56,134 bases of DNA from Myxococcales bacterium (GCA_009692535.1 SHYZ01000004.1:1-56134), one strand, 5' to 3'; positions 33,927 through 44,754 are shown, counted from the stretch's first letter. Program-made: numbers and translations. The notes: a model not told the origin generated them from the letters alone.

Positions 33927-35750
33927 ATGGACGCACCCCAAAGCGTCGCCGCGATGTTCTTCGCGCAGGCGCGCCGGCACCACGACCGGCCGCTCCTGCA
34001 CGCGAAGCGCGAGGGCCATTGGAGCGCCGTGCGGTGGGACGAAGCGGCGCACGCGGTGGCGAACGTCGCCGCGCGACTGGTCGCGCGCGGCCTCGCGCCC
34101 GGCGCTCGCGTGGCGCTGCTGGCGGAGAACCGACCCGAGTGGTTGCTGGCGGACCTCGCTTGCCTCGCGGTCGGCCTGGTCGACGTGCCGCTCTATCCGA
34201 CGAGCCCGGCCGGCGACGTCGTCGCGTTGCTGCAGCGCAGCGGGGCCGAGGCGCTGTTCGTCTCCGACGCGGCGCAGTGGAGCAAGGTCGCGCCCGCACT
34301 GGCACAACTGCCGCGGCTCAAGCTGGTGATCCACTTCGGGCACGAGCCGCTCGCGGCCGTTGGCGAAGGTGTCGCGATCGTGCCGTTCCGCGAGTTTGCG
34401 CTCTCCGATCCGGTCGGTGGCGCACTCGATCATTCCGCCGCGCAAGCCGTAAAGCGGCGCCTCGCCGCAGTCCGCGAGGGTGACGTTGCGACGATTCTCT
34501 ACACGTCGGGCACGACCGGCGCGCCGAAGGGCGTGATGCTGTCGCACGGCAACCTGCTGTCGAACTGCGCCGCGCTGCTGAAACAGGTGCCGCTCGGACC
34601 CGACGATCGCACGCTCTCGTTCCTGCCGCTCTCCCACTGCTTCGAACGAACCGCGGGCCACTACCTCCTGCTGATGGCGGGCGGCTCGATCGCCTACGCC
34701 AGCGCCCCCGACAAGGTCGTGACTGAAGTTCGCGAGATGCCGCCGACGCTGATGCTGGGCGTGCCGCGCTTCTTCGAGAAGGTGCATGACCGCATCCTCG
34801 GCGCGATCGAACGTGCACCGCGTTACCGCCGCGCGCTGTTCCAGTTCGCGCTGCGCGTCGCCGACGAGATGGCGGCGCACACTGCCGCGAACCACGGCGT
34901 ACTGCCGCTCAAGCTGCGTTTCCGCCATGAGCTCGCGCAACGCCTGGTGTTCTCGCTGATCCGGCAGCGCCTTGGCGGCCGGCTGCGGCTGTTCGTGTCG
35001 GGCGGCGCGCCGCTCGACCCGGAGCTGGTTCGCTTCTTCGGACGCCTCGGCCTGCCGCTGATCGAGGGCTACGGCTTGACCGAGACCGCGCCGGTGGTCT
35101 CGGTCAACGTCCCCGACCGGATCAAGCCTGGCTCGGTCGGACGGCCTCTGCCGGACGTCGCGGTCACGATCGCGCCGGACGGCGAAATCCTCGTCCGCGG
35201 CCCGAACGTGATGAAGGGCTACTTCGAGGACGCCGCGGCGACAACTGCCGTGCTCGATCCCGACGGCACGCTGCACACCGGCGACATCGGCCATCTCGAC
35301 CAAGACGGCGACCTGTTCGTGACCGATCGCAAGAAGGAGCTGATCATCGGCAGCGGCGGCAAGAACGTCGCGCCGGCCCGCATCGAAGGGCTGCTCAAGC
35401 GCCATCGCATCATCGGCGACATCTGCCTCATCGGCGATCGCCGGCCCTACCTCGTCGCGCTCGTGGTCGCCGACGAGGCGGCATTGAAGACGGCGCTCCA
35501 GGAGAGCGGCGAAGCCTGGACCACGCGCGACGCGGTGATCGCGCAACCGGCGGTGCGCGCGCGCTTCGCCGCCGCGATCGAGCAGGTGAACGGCGAACTC
35601 GCCCCGCCCGAGCGCATCCGCCGCTTCCTGCTGGTGCCCGAACCGTTCTCGCCCGACAACCAGCAGTTGACGCCGACGTTGAAGGTCCGCCGCCGCGAAG
35701 TCGAAAGTCGGTGGCACGCCGAGATCGACGCCTTGTACGCGGCGCCGTGA
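33927..35750 (+). CDS. Long-chain fatty-acid-CoA ligase (AMP-binding)
   Basis: YTSGTTGAPKGV, FLPLSH, EGYGLTET, HTGDIG, DRKKE, TPTLKVRR; GGAGG RBS. Confidence 0.93.
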   Translation: MDAPQSVAAMFFAQARRHHDRPLLHAKREGHWSAVRWDEAAHAVANVAARLVARGLAPGARVALLAENRPEWLLADLACLAVGLVDVPLYPTSPAGDVVALLQRSGAEALFVSDAAQWSKVAPALAQLPRLKLVIHFGHEPLAAVGEGVAIVPFREFALSDPVGGALDHSAAQAVKRRLAAVREGDVATILYTSGTTGAPKGVMLSHGNLLSNCAALLKQVPLGPDDRTLSFLPLSHCFERTAGHYLLLMAGGSIAYASAPDKVVTEVREMPPTLMLGVPRFFEKVHDRILGAIERAPRYRRALFQFALRVADEMAAHTAANHGVLPLKLRFRHELAQRLVFSLIRQRLGGRLRLFVSGGAPLDPELVRFFGRLGLPLIEGYGLTETAPVVSVNVPDRIKPGSVGRPLPDVAVTIAPDGEILVRGPNVMKGYFEDAAATTAVLDPDGTLHTGDIGHLDQDGDLFVTDRKKELIIGSGGKNVAPARIEGLLKRHRIIGDICLIGDRRPYLVALVVADEAALKTALQESGEAWTTRDAVIAQPAVRARFAAAIEQVNGELAPPERIRRFLLVPEPFSPDNQQLTPTLKVRRREVESRWHAEIDALYAAP

Positions 35751-35800
35751 TGGCGCGCTCGCATCGCGACGGCGCGAGCGGTTGAATCGCGCGCCTCGCC

Positions 35801-37636
35801 ATGGCCGCCATCGTTCCTCAAACCCTGACTGCCCGCCTGTTCGCGGCGCTCGACCGCCACGCGCTGCGGCCGCTGCTCGTCACGCCGGCACGTGAAGGCG
35901 GCGCTGGCGCCGATCGCGTGCGCACTGCCGGCGAGGTGCGTGACGACGCGTCGCGATTCGCGGCCGCGCTCGTCGCGCTTGGCGTGCGCGCCGGCGAGCC
36001 GGTCCTGCTCTGGAGCGAGAATCGCGAACAGTGGCTTGTGGCAGCGCTCGCTCTCCTTCTGCTCGGCGCGCCGGCGGTCCCCCGCGGCGCCGAAGCGCCC
36101 GCCGACGAGATCGCCGGCATCGTCGGCCGCGTGCGCGCGCGCGTCGCCATCGTCGAGCGGCCCGAGTTGCTGCGCCGGCTCGCGGCCAGTGGCGATCGCC
36201 TCGAGCACGCGCTCTTGCTCACGGGCCGCGACGACGGCAGCGCGGGCGGAACGCGCGTGCACGGCTTCGAGGAGTGCCTCGCGCGTACGACTGCCGAGGA
36301 AGGCGCGACGTTGCGCCGCGCGCAGATCGGCCGACGCCGGCTGGACGAGGTCGCCGCGATCGTCTTCACGTCGGGGACCACCGGTCGGCCGAAGGGCGTG
36401 GTGCTGACCCAGGCGAACCTCGCCGCCAACCTTGCGCAGGTGCTCGCCGTCATCGACTACCTGCCGGCGGGCGCCAGCTGCGTCTCGATCCTGCCGGCCT
36501 GGCACATGTTCGAGCAGATGGTCGAGTACGCGCTGATCGAGCTCGGCGTGCAGATCGTCTACAGCGACCGGCGCCACTTCGCGAAGGACCTGGCGCGCGT
36601 GCGACCCGCCGTGCTCGGCGCGGTGCCGCGGCTGTGGATGGCGCTCGAGGAAGGAGTGCGCGCGAAGCTGAAGAACGCGCCGCCGAGAAGGCGTCGGCTG
36701 GTCGAGTGGGCGCTCGCGCGCGCGATCGCGCGGGAGCGGGCGCGTCGATTCGGCGGCAATGGTCCTGGCCTGCTCTCCGCCCCGCTCGATGCGCTGCTGC
36801 AACGTGTCGTGCTGCAGAAGATCGCGCGCACACTTGGAATCGAACGGCTTGCCGGCGGCCTGCCGATCAGCGGCGGCGGCTCGCTGCCGGAGCACGTCGA
36901 TCTCTTTTTCGCGGCACTGCGCGTGCCGCTCATGAACGGCTACGGACTGACCGAGACCTCGCCGGTGCTCACGCTGCGTCGACCGGGGCAGGCGCGCGGT
37001 GGCACGGCCGGCGCGCCGCTCGACAAAACGGAACTCTCGATCCGCGATGTGGAGAACGGCGCGTCGCTGCCGACCGGGCAGCGCGGCGTCATCTTCGCGC
37101 GCGGCCCGCAGGTGTTGACCCGCTACTTCGAGGACCCGATCGCGACCGCGGCGGTGCTCTCTCCCGACGGCTGGTTCAACACCGGCGACCTCGGCCACCT
37201 CGACGCCGACGGCGAGATCACAATCACCGGCCGCGCCAAGGACACGATCGTGCTCCTGTCGGGCGAGAACGTGGAGCCCGAGCCGATCGAGAATGCGCTC
37301 GCCGCCTCGCCGCTGATCGCGCAAGCCGTCGTCGTCGGGCAGGACCGGAAGTTCCTCGCGGCGCTGCTGCTGCCACGCACCGGCCACAGCTCACCGGAGC
37401 TGCCGCGCGCGGAGCTTGAAGCGTCGATCCGCCGCGAGATCGACACGCGCGTGAACGCCGCGGCGGGCTTCCGATCGAACGAACGGATCGCTCGATTTGC
37501 GCTGCTCGACGAACCGTTCACGGTCGAGAACGGGCTCTTGTCGCAGACGATGAAGGTGAAGCGCAACGTGGTGCAGGAGCGCTACAGCGCGACCATCGTC
37601 GCGCTCTACGCCGACAACGCCGCCGCGGAGGGTTGA
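35801..37636 (+). CDS. Second long-chain fatty-acid-CoA ligase
   Basis: FTSGTTGRPKGV, ILPAWH, NGYGLTET, NTGDLG, GRAKD, SQTMKVKR. Confidence 0.93.
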   Translation: MAAIVPQTLTARLFAALDRHALRPLLVTPAREGGAGADRVRTAGEVRDDASRFAAALVALGVRAGEPVLLWSENREQWLVAALALLLLGAPAVPRGAEAPADEIAGIVGRVRARVAIVERPELLRRLAASGDRLEHALLLTGRDDGSAGGTRVHGFEECLARTTAEEGATLRRAQIGRRRLDEVAAIVFTSGTTGRPKGVVLTQANLAANLAQVLAVIDYLPAGASCVSILPAWHMFEQMVEYALIELGVQIVYSDRRHFAKDLARVRPAVLGAVPRLWMALEEGVRAKLKNAPPRRRRLVEWALARAIARERARRFGGNGPGLLSAPLDALLQRVVLQKIARTLGIERLAGGLPISGGGSLPEHVDLFFAALRVPLMNGYGLTETSPVLTLRRPGQARGGTAGAPLDKTELSIRDVENGASLPTGQRGVIFARGPQVLTRYFEDPIATAAVLSPDGWFNTGDLGHLDADGEITITGRAKDTIVLLSGENVEPEPIENALAASPLIAQAVVVGQDRKFLAALLLPRTGHSSPELPRAELEASIRREIDTRVNAAAGFRSNERIARFALLDEPFTVENGLLSQTMKVKRNVVQERYSATIVALYADNAAAEG

Positions 37637-38295
37637 CCGCTCATCCGTTCCGGCAGCGCAGCCTCGATCCCCGCCATCACCTGATCGCGCAGTTCGCGGC
37701 GCGCCTCGCGCGGCGTCCGGTGGAAGGCGACCGCGCTCGGCTCGATCAAGCGCGAGTAGCGGATCTCGATCCGGGCTGGCTTCGGGAACCCGCCGTTCCG
37801 CGGAAGCGCGTCGAACGTGCCGACGATGGCGGCGGTGAGGACCGGCGCGTCGCCTTGCAGCAACAACGAAGCGACGCCGAGATGCCCCGCTTTCAGCCGA
37901 CCGTCGTCGCTGATCCCGCCTTCCGGGAAGATTCCGACCACGCCACCGTTTCGGAGCACGTCGAGCGCGCGACGCATCGCCTCGACGTTGATCGAGTTCT
38001 CTTCGACCCGGATGCAGCCGAAGACCCACATCCAGGGGCGATAGGCCCTGAGGTCATAGACGTCCGAGGTCACGAGGTAGGTCACCGGTCGGCGCAGCGC
38101 GAGACCGAGTGCGACCGGGTCAAGGTACGAGACGTGGTTGGACGCGAGCACGAGCGGGCCACGCGGGAAGGGCGATGGCCGTCCGACGATTCGCAGCCGG
38201 AACCAGAGCGCGAAGAGGACGCGCGCGAAGATCCAGAGCAGCGCGTAGAGCAGGAGACGGATCGCACTGTTTGGGGGCGCCGCGGGACGAGTCAT
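37606..38295 (-). CDS. Lysophospholipid acyltransferase (PlsC family)
   Basis: ASNHVSYLD (HxxxxD), IFPEG; ATG 38295 overlaps the upstream stop. Confidence 0.9.
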   Translation of the reverse strand: MTRPAAPPNSAIRLLLYALLWIFARVLFALWFRLRIVGRPSPFPRGPLVLASNHVSYLDPVALGLALRRPVTYLVTSDVYDLRAYRPWMWVFGCIRVEENSINVEAMRRALDVLRNGGVVGIFPEGGISDDGRLKAGHLGVASLLLQGDAPVLTAAIVGTFDALPRNGGFPKPARIEIRYSRLIEPSAVAFHRTPREARRELRDQVMAGIEAALPERMSGQPSAAALSA

Positions 38296-39356
38296 CTCAA
38301 CCTTGCCTTCTTCGCCCACTCCGAAGCCGGAAACTCGTCCTGGCAGCGGCGAAGCAGCAGTTTCGCGCTCTCCTGATCGTCCGCCCCCGGCCGCGCGGCG
38401 AGGCAAACGCCGGCCTGATAGAGCGCCTCCGCCAGCAATTCGCTCCCCGCAAGCTGGTCGCCGTAGTGGAAGACCGTGCGCAAGAACGGGAAGAGCGCAG
38501 CGTCGTAGTCGGCGGGCTTGCGCTGCTCCTTGGCCAAAAATGTCGCGCCGAGACCGTTGTAGGCGCCGGCGACGATCACAAGCTCGGAGGCCTCGCGCTC
38601 CTTGATGACATCCTCGAAGTAGATCCGCGCGCGATCCGGCTCGCCGCGTTGCAGCAGCAGGCAGCCAACGCGCAGACGCGCCATGTTGGCGATGTCCGGG
38701 TGGTCGATGGCGCTCGCCTGCAGTTGCAGATAGGCGGCGAGCGCCGCAGCCGGGTCGCGGCCGCCAGCGAACTCGTCGAGCTCGAGCAGACGGAGCGCAG
38801 CGAGCAACGGGTAGCGGTCGCCGAGTTTTCGCGAAGCGGCCGGGCTCGCCAGCTCCTGGTAGCTCTTCCTCGCTGCGGCGATGTTGCCGAGCGCACGCTC
38901 ACACGCGGCGATGCGCTCAAGGCAGTCGCCAAGGAAGCGTGTCGCGGGCACTTGCCGGAGAAGTTCCTGATATGCCGTGATCGCCTCGACGAATTGACCA
39001 CTGAGGCGGCGGCACTCGGCCACGCGGAAGAGCGCGTGCGGCTTCTCCCAGTTCTTCGCGGCCGCCGCCGCGGCGATGTAGGAGCCGGCGGCCTTGCTCT
39101 GATCACCGGCTTTCCACGCGGCGTCGCCCGCCGCAAACCACTTCGATCGCTTGCTGTAGCGCACGTCCCTGACGGTTCCGGCGGCGATCGTCTGCTCACC
39201 GGAAGCGCCCCGCTTCCTGAAGGTGAGCCCATCGCAGCTCTCCTGGATCACGGTGACACCCGCGATCACGTCGCCCCTCCACAGGACGATCTCGTCCACC
39301 GGAGCCGGTGCTCTCCACGCCGCCAGCAACAGCGGCAGAAGCAGCAGCAGCGTCAA
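38292..39356 (-). CDS. Exported TPR-repeat protein
   Basis: Signal-like leucine run; TPR-like helices (ALFRVAEC, AITAYQELL, EALYQAG, LLRRCQDEFPASEWA). Confidence 0.75.
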   Translation of the reverse strand: MTLLLLLPLLLAAWRAPAPVDEIVLWRGDVIAGVTVIQESCDGLTFRKRGASGEQTIAAGTVRDVRYSKRSKWFAAGDAAWKAGDQSKAAGSYIAAAAAAKNWEKPHALFRVAECRRLSGQFVEAITAYQELLRQVPATRFLGDCLERIAACERALGNIAAARKSYQELASPAASRKLGDRYPLLAALRLLELDEFAGGRDPAAALAAYLQLQASAIDHPDIANMARLRVGCLLLQRGEPDRARIYFEDVIKEREASELVIVAGAYNGLGATFLAKEQRKPADYDAALFPFLRTVFHYGDQLAGSELLAEALYQAGVCLAARPGADDQESAKLLLRRCQDEFPASEWAKKARLR

Positions 39357-40303
39357 AGCAGCGACTCGGGCAGATCGCCGTCAAGGTTTCCTTCCGTCAC
39401 GCTGCGTGCGGCGCCGTCGACTTCCTCGCGCACGTTCCAGCGTCCTTCGTTGCGGCCGCGCCGCACCGCGATCAACTCGGCGACGATCGACACGGCGATC
39501 TCATCAGCGGTGCGCGCGCCAAGTCGCAGCCCGACCGGCGTCCGGATGCGCTTCAGCCAGTCGCGATCGACGCCGACGGCGAGCAGTTGCTCGAACGTCA
39601 ACCGCGCCTTCGTCCCGCTGCCGATCATCCCGACGTACCGCGGAGTCGCGCCGCGACGCCACAGCTCGTGAAGGATCTGGCGATCGTCGGCGTGCGAACG
39701 CGTCATCACCAGCACGTAGGTTGCGCGATCGATCGGAACCGTGCGCGCGGCAGCATCGGGGTAATCGACCCGCGTCTCCGCCGCCATCGGGAAGCGCGCC
39801 TTGCTCGCGTAGTCGGGACGATCGTCGGTGATCAGCAGACGAAAACCAACTCGCGCAGCGAGAGTCGCGACGGCTTTGCTGACATGGCCACCACCGAAGA
39901 GCACGAGTGGCGGCGCGGTGATCGGTTCGAGGTAGACCTCGACGCTGCCACCGCAGATGAGCGCTCCATCGGCGGAGTCTTCGGCGGTGAGCGCCATCGC
40001 GACGCGACGCGGCCGCTCCTCCTCGATGACCCGCTGCGCCTGCCGCTTCACCTCTTCCTCGAGGCAGCCGCCGCCGACCGATCCGAGCGTCGTGCCGTCC
40101 GCGCGAACGAGGATCTTCATCGGCTCGCGCGCCGGCGCGGAGCCCTTGACCTCGATCACCGTTGCCAGCGCCGCCGCAACGCCCGCCTCGCGCAACCGCA
40201 CGATCTCGCGAAAAAGTCGGTCTTCGACGCTGTGCGCGGGCCCGTCGTCGAGTTGGTCGAGTGGGGTGACTTGGATTCGGGAGCGGGTCGGTTCGGGGGT
40301 CAT
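39353..40303 (-). CDS. XdhC/CoxI family molybdoenzyme accessory protein
   Basis: ATVIEVKGSAP, GSVGGGCLE, LICGG, FGGGHVS, DDRPDY, YVGMIGS, PVGL..EIAVSIVAE. Confidence 0.92.
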   Translation of the reverse strand: MTPEPTRSRIQVTPLDQLDDGPAHSVEDRLFREIVRLREAGVAAALATVIEVKGSAPAREPMKILVRADGTTLGSVGGGCLEEEVKRQAQRVIEEERPRRVAMALTAEDSADGALICGGSVEVYLEPITAPPLVLFGGGHVSKAVATLAARVGFRLLITDDRPDYASKARFPMAAETRVDYPDAAARTVPIDRATYVLVMTRSHADDRQILHELWRRGATPRYVGMIGSGTKARLTFEQLLAVGVDRDWLKRIRTPVGLRLGARTADEIAVSIVAELIAVRRGRNEGRWNVREEVDGAARSVTEGNLDGDLPESLL

Positions 40304-40358
40304 CGGGGCGGGAGCATAGAATGCTGCGCCAAGTTCTCCCGGTTGCGGGACGACATGA

Positions 40359-40403
40359 CCATCCAATATGGATGGTTGACAGCCATCCATTACCGGCCAC
40401 AAT
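40359..40403 (+). promoter_or_regulatory. Sigma70-type promoter (TTGACA 40376-40381; CACAAT 40398-40403) overlapped by three CCATCCA boxes (putative MocR/PdxR operator)
   Basis: CCATCCA 40359-65, TGGATGG 40369-75, CCATCCA 40383-89; perfect ATGGATGG/CCATCCAT inverted pair around the -35; 16-nt spacer. Confidence 0.7.
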
Positions 40404-40411
40404 CCCGCGCC

Positions 40412-41905
40412 ATGAACGGTGCCGACCTACCGCTCGACCGCGACAGCGACCTTCCGCTTCGGGACCAACTCGTCGCTGCGATCCGCGCCCGCATCGAGTC
40501 GGGCGAGTGGGCCAGCGGCACCCGCTTGCTGTCGAGTCGCGATCTCGCCAATCGGCTCGGTGTCAATCGCACGACGGTGGTGCTGAGTTACGACGAGCTC
40601 AGTCGGCTCGGTCTCATCGACTCGGCCGTCGGTCGCGGCAGCTTCGTTCGCGGCGCGGCCGCGATTCCGCGCGCCGCGGCGCCCGCGACGCCCGCGACCG
40701 GCGCCTTCACCTGGGATGGAGTGCTCGCGCGCAGCCGTCCGCTGCCGACGCTTCCGACCGACGTGGGCACGGTCGACAGCGTCGGCCTCGCGCGCGCCGT
40801 CGGCCATCCGATGCTCTTCCCGCTCGAGCGGATCAAGACCGCCGTCGATCGCGTCTTCGCCGAGCTCGGCCGTGACCTGCTCGCCTATCCCTCACCCGCC
40901 GGCTACGAGCCGCTGCGCGCTGCGCTGCGCACCCGACTCGCGCGCCACGGCGTCGCGGTCGATCGCAACGAGCTGATCATCGTCAATGGTTCGCAGCAGG
41001 GACTCGACCTCGTCGCGCGCCTGCTGCTGGCCGACGGCGGCACGGTGATCACGGCGCGGCCGAGCTTCTCCGGCGCGCTCGACGTCTTCCGCTGGTGGCG
41101 CGCGCAGCTGGTCGGCGTGCCGGTCGATGAAAACGGCTTCGACCTTGCCGCGCTCGATCGCGCGCTGGCGTCATCGCGCGCGCGCCTCGCCTACGTGATC
41201 CCGGATCGAGCGAATCCCACGGGCCTGACGATGTCGCCCGCCGCGCGCACCGCGTTCCTCGAACGGCTGCAAGCGGCGCGCGTGCCGGTGCTCGAAGACG
41301 ACTGGCTCGCCGAGTTGCGCGGCGTCGGTGAACCGGCGCCGATCAAGGCCGGTGATCGCCACGATCAAGTCCTCTACCTCGGCACCTTCTCGAAAGTCCT
41401 GGCGCCAGGACTGAGGCTCGGCTGGCTGCTGGTCCCGAAGGCGCTCTACAAGCCGATCCTGGCGTTGAAGAAGACCTCCGACCTCGCGACCAACTTCCCG
41501 GCGCAAGCCGTGCTGCACGAGCTGATCGAGAGCGGTTTCATCGACCAGCACGTGCGCGATCTGCGCGTGCAGCTCGAGCGGCGCCGCGCGCTGGTCGATG
41601 CCGCCATCGACCGCCACTTCCCGCGCGGCGCGCGACCGTGTCGCCCGCATTCGGGCATGGTCTGTTGGATCGAACTACCGCCCGGCAGTGAAGTCGCGCG
41701 CCTGGTCGAGGACGCGCGCCGCGCCGGCATCGAGATCTCGTCCGGCACGCCGTTCGACCCGGCGGGCCAGCCGATCGCAGCCTTCCGCCTCGCCTACGCC
41801 GCCGCCGATGAGGACGCGCTCGAACCCGCCATCGCTCGTCTCGGCAAGCTGCTCCATCACCACCTCCATGGCGCCGGCCAGCTCGCCGCGCCGCCGATGG
41901 TCTGA
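40412..41905 (+). CDS. pdxR: MocR/GabR-family PLP-dependent regulator (PdxR-like)
   Basis: GntR wHTH ([29 protein letters not shown]) plus aminotransferase domain ([28 protein letters not shown]). The symbol rests on adjacency to pdxST. Confidence 0.85.
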   Translation: MNGADLPLDRDSDLPLRDQLVAAIRARIESGEWASGTRLLSSRDLANRLGVNRTTVVLSYDELSRLGLIDSAVGRGSFVRGAAAIPRAAAPATPATGAFTWDGVLARSRPLPTLPTDVGTVDSVGLARAVGHPMLFPLERIKTAVDRVFAELGRDLLAYPSPAGYEPLRAALRTRLARHGVAVDRNELIIVNGSQQGLDLVARLLLADGGTVITARPSFSGALDVFRWWRAQLVGVPVDENGFDLAALDRALASSRARLAYVIPDRANPTGLTMSPAARTAFLERLQAARVPVLEDDWLAELRGVGEPAPIKAGDRHDQVLYLGTFSKVLAPGLRLGWLLVPKALYKPILALKKTSDLATNFPAQAVLHELIESGFIDQHVRDLRVQLERRRALVDAAIDRHFPRGARPCRPHSGMVCWIELPPGSEVARLVEDARRAGIEISSGTPFDPAGQPIAAFRLAYAAADEDALEPAIARLGKLLHHHLHGAGQLAAPPMV

Positions 41906-41921
41906 ACCAGAAGGAACTCCG

Positions 41922-42872
41922 ATGCAACGCAATCCGATGCAGGACAGCCCGAAGCAGCACGACGGCGCGCGCGGCGCCGACGACACGCCACTCCCCCATG
42001 GTCTCGACGAGGTGAAGATCGGCCTCGCGCGGATGCTGAAGGGCGGCGTGATCATGGATGTCACGACCGTCGAGCAGGCGAAGATCGCCGAGGATGCGGG
42101 CGCCTGCGCCGTGATGGCGCTCGAACGCGTGCCGTCCGACATCCGCAAGGAAGGCGGCGTGGCACGGATGGCGTCGATCGACATGATCGCGCGCATCCAG
42201 CAGGCGGTCACGATCCCGGTGATGGCGAAGGCGCGCATCGGCCACTTCGTCGAGGCGCAGGTCTTGGAAACGCTCGGCGTCGACTTCATCGACGAGAGCG
42301 AAGTGCTGACGCCGGCCGATCCTGAGAACCACATCGACAAGCGCGCATTCAAGGTGCCGTTCGTGTGCGGCGCGACCTGCCTCAACGAGGCGCTGCGGCG
42401 GATCGGCGAAGGCGCCGCGATGTTGCGGACCAAGGGCGAGGCCGGCACCGGCAACATCATCGAAGCCGTGCGCCACCTGCGCCTGATCCAGAAGACGATT
42501 CGCGAGCTGTCGGTCACGCCAACGGCCGAACTGATGCATCGCGCGAAGGAGCTGCAGGCGCCGTTCCATCTGGTCGAGTTCGTCGCGAAGCACGGCAAGC
42601 TACCGGTGCCGAACTTCGCCGCGGGCGGCATCGCGACGCCGGCCGATGCCGCGCTGGTGATGGCGCTCGGCGCCGAGGCCGTGTTCGTCGGCTCCGGCAT
42701 CTTCAAGTCGGACGATCCGGCGAAGACGGCTGCGGCGATCGTCAAGGCGACCGCGCAGTGGCGCGACCCGGCGGTCATCGCGCAGGCGTGCCGCGAGACC
42801 GGCAGCGCGATGCGCGGGCTCTCGATGGAGTCGATCCCGGAGGGCGAGCGGCTCGCGACGCGCGGTTGGTGA
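41922..42872 (+). CDS. pdxS: Pyridoxal 5'-phosphate synthase lyase subunit
   Basis: [62 protein letters not shown]. Confidence 0.97.
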   Translation: MQRNPMQDSPKQHDGARGADDTPLPHGLDEVKIGLARMLKGGVIMDVTTVEQAKIAEDAGACAVMALERVPSDIRKEGGVARMASIDMIARIQQAVTIPVMAKARIGHFVEAQVLETLGVDFIDESEVLTPADPENHIDKRAFKVPFVCGATCLNEALRRIGEGAAMLRTKGEAGTGNIIEAVRHLRLIQKTIRELSVTPTAELMHRAKELQAPFHLVEFVAKHGKLPVPNFAAGGIATPADAALVMALGAEAVFVGSGIFKSDDPAKTAAAIVKATAQWRDPAVIAQACRETGSAMRGLSMESIPEGERLATRGW

Positions 42873-42873
42873 C

Positions 42874-43482
42874 ATGCGCGGCATCGCTGGCGTCCTCTGC
42901 CTTCAGGGCTCGAGCGAGCCGCACCTCGCGCGGCTCGCTGAACTGTTCGCGGCCGGCGAGTTGGCGCAACCACCGCGCGAGGTGAGACAGCAGCGCGACC
43001 TTGACGGCCTCACCCACCTGATCCTGCCGGGCGGCGAATCGACCACGATCCGCCACCTGCTCGATCTGTTCGGAATGACCGACGATCTGCTCGCGCGCCA
43101 TCGCGATGGCCGGCTCTGCCTCTTCGGCACCTGCGCCGGCGCCATCCTGCTCGCTGCGGACGACGGCACGCGGCCGAAGCGCCTCGCGCTGCTCGACGCG
43201 ACGCTCGATCGCAATGCCTATGGCCGTCAGGTCGACTCGTTCAGCGAGGCGCTGACGCTCGAACTGCCCGAGGAGCACGGCGCCCCGACGTTCCACGGCG
43301 TCTTCATCCGCGCGCCGCGCTTCACGCGGATCGGGCCCGGCGTGCGAGTCGTGGCGCGGCGCGGCGCGGAACCGGTGCTGGTCGAGGCGCCGGGCCTGCT
43401 GGCCGGAACGTTCCACCCAGAGCTGACGCGCGATCTGCGGATCCATCGCCATTTCGTGGCTCTGAAGGTCGCGACCCACTGA
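42874..43482 (+). CDS. pdxT: PLP synthase glutaminase subunit
   Basis: GVLCLQG, LPGGESTT, GTCAGAILL, RNAYGRQVDSF, FIRAP, FHPELT. Confidence 0.96.
   Translation: MRGIAGVLCLQGSSEPHLARLAELFAAGELAQPPREVRQQRDLDGLTHLILPGGESTTIRHLLDLFGMTDDLLARHRDGRLCLFGTCAGAILLAADDGTRPKRLALLDATLDRNAYGRQVDSFSEALTLELPEEHGAPTFHGVFIRAPRFTRIGPGVRVVARRGAEPVLVEAPGLLAGTFHPELTRDLRIHRHFVALKVATH
43360..43394 (+). repeat. 35-bp direct repeat, copy 1 (inside pdxT)
   Basis: CGCGGCGCGGAACCGGTG-CTG-GTCGAGGCGCCGGG; 32/35 identical to 44776-44810. Confidence 0.75.
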
Positions 43483-43532
43483 CAACGGATTGAAGTTTCA
43501 ACTTTCAATCGGTCGAAGTTTCGCTCCGCGCC

Positions 43533-44754
43533 ATGTTCCGCCCCCGCGACCTCTCCGACGCCATCGAGCGCGCCTGCCGCAGCTTCCCCTGCGTGCTGGT
43601 CACGGGGCCGCGCCAGTCGGGCAAGTCGACCCTGCTGCGCCAGCGTTTCGGCGGCTCGCACGCATACGTCTCGCTCGACCAGCCCGACGCGCGCGAGCGG
43701 GCGCGGCGCGACCCGTCCGGCTTCTTCCGCCGCCATCCCGCGCCACTGATCCTCGACGAAGTCCAGCACGTCCCGGAACTGCTCTCCTACGTCAAGGCGA
43801 TGGTGGACGAGAACCGCCGGCCGGGCCAGTTCCTGTTGTCGGGCTCGCAGTCGTTCGCGCTGATGCAGGGCATCAAAGAGTCGCTGGCGGGCCGCGTCGC
43901 GGTGCTGACGCTGCTGCCGCTGTCGGCGGGAGAGATCGCCGGGCGCGTCCGCGACGCCCGCGACCGCGAGCCGATCCCGGCGCGCTGGATCGCCGGGCAG
44001 GGCGAGCTCCCGAAGCGGATCGCGCTGGCGCGCTGGTTGATGCGCGGCGGCTACCCTGAGCGCTGGTTCGCGCGCGGCGTCGATCAGGAGCTGTGGGCGG
44101 CGAGCTACGTGCAGACCTACCTCGAACGCGACGTGCGTTCCTTGATCGGCGTGCGCGACCTGAACGCGTTCGCCACCTTCCTGCGCCTCGTGGCGGCGCG
44201 CACCGGCCAGATCCTGAACCTCTCCGATCTCGCGCGCGACGCCGGCATCACCCATCCGACCGCCCGCCCGCCAATGGATCTCGGTCCTCGAGGCGAGCCA
44301 CCAGGTCCTGCTACTGCGCCCCCACTACGCCAACCTCGGCAAGCGGCTGATCAAGGCGCCGAAGATCTACTGGCTCGACACCGGCATCGCCGCCCATCTG
44401 GTCGGCCTCGACGAGCGCACCGTGACCACCCACGCGATGGCCGGCGCGCTGTTCGAGACCGCCGTCGTCGCCGAGATCCTGAAGGCGCACCACCATCGCG
44501 GCCGCGAGCCGCGCCTCTGGTACTTCCGCTCGCGCGACGGCTGGGAGGTCGACGTAGTGATGGAGCGCGGCGGCAAGTTGCACGCGATCGAGATCAAGCT
44601 CACCGCGACGCCGCGCCCACTCCACGCCGAGCCGCTCGAACGCTTCCGCCGCGCGACCAAGACCACGGCCGTCCCCGGCTTCGTGATCTGCGACGTCCAC
44701 CAACCCGAGCCGCTCGCGCCCGGCGTCACGGCGATGCCGTGGGGTCTGCTGTAG
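43533..44754 (+). pseudogene. AAA_14 + DUF4143 ATPase with C-terminal PD-(D/E)xK-like motif, frameshifted at (CCGC)3, 44260-44271
   Basis: GPRQSGKST, ILDEVQ, LSGSQ, GGYP, YLERD; continues in another frame with QWISVLEAS..KRLIKAPKIYWLDTG..GALFET..EVDVV..AIEIK. Removing one CCGC gives a 405-aa ORF. Confidence 0.85.

Noticed and set aside
39308-40411. Apparent 865-aa fusion upstream of the MocR regulator
   Set aside because: Antisense to the xdhC-like gene; the promoter and wHTH start place the ATG at 40412.
44422-44754. Stand-alone 110-aa gene
   Set aside because: It is the out-of-frame C-terminus of the frameshifted ATPase.
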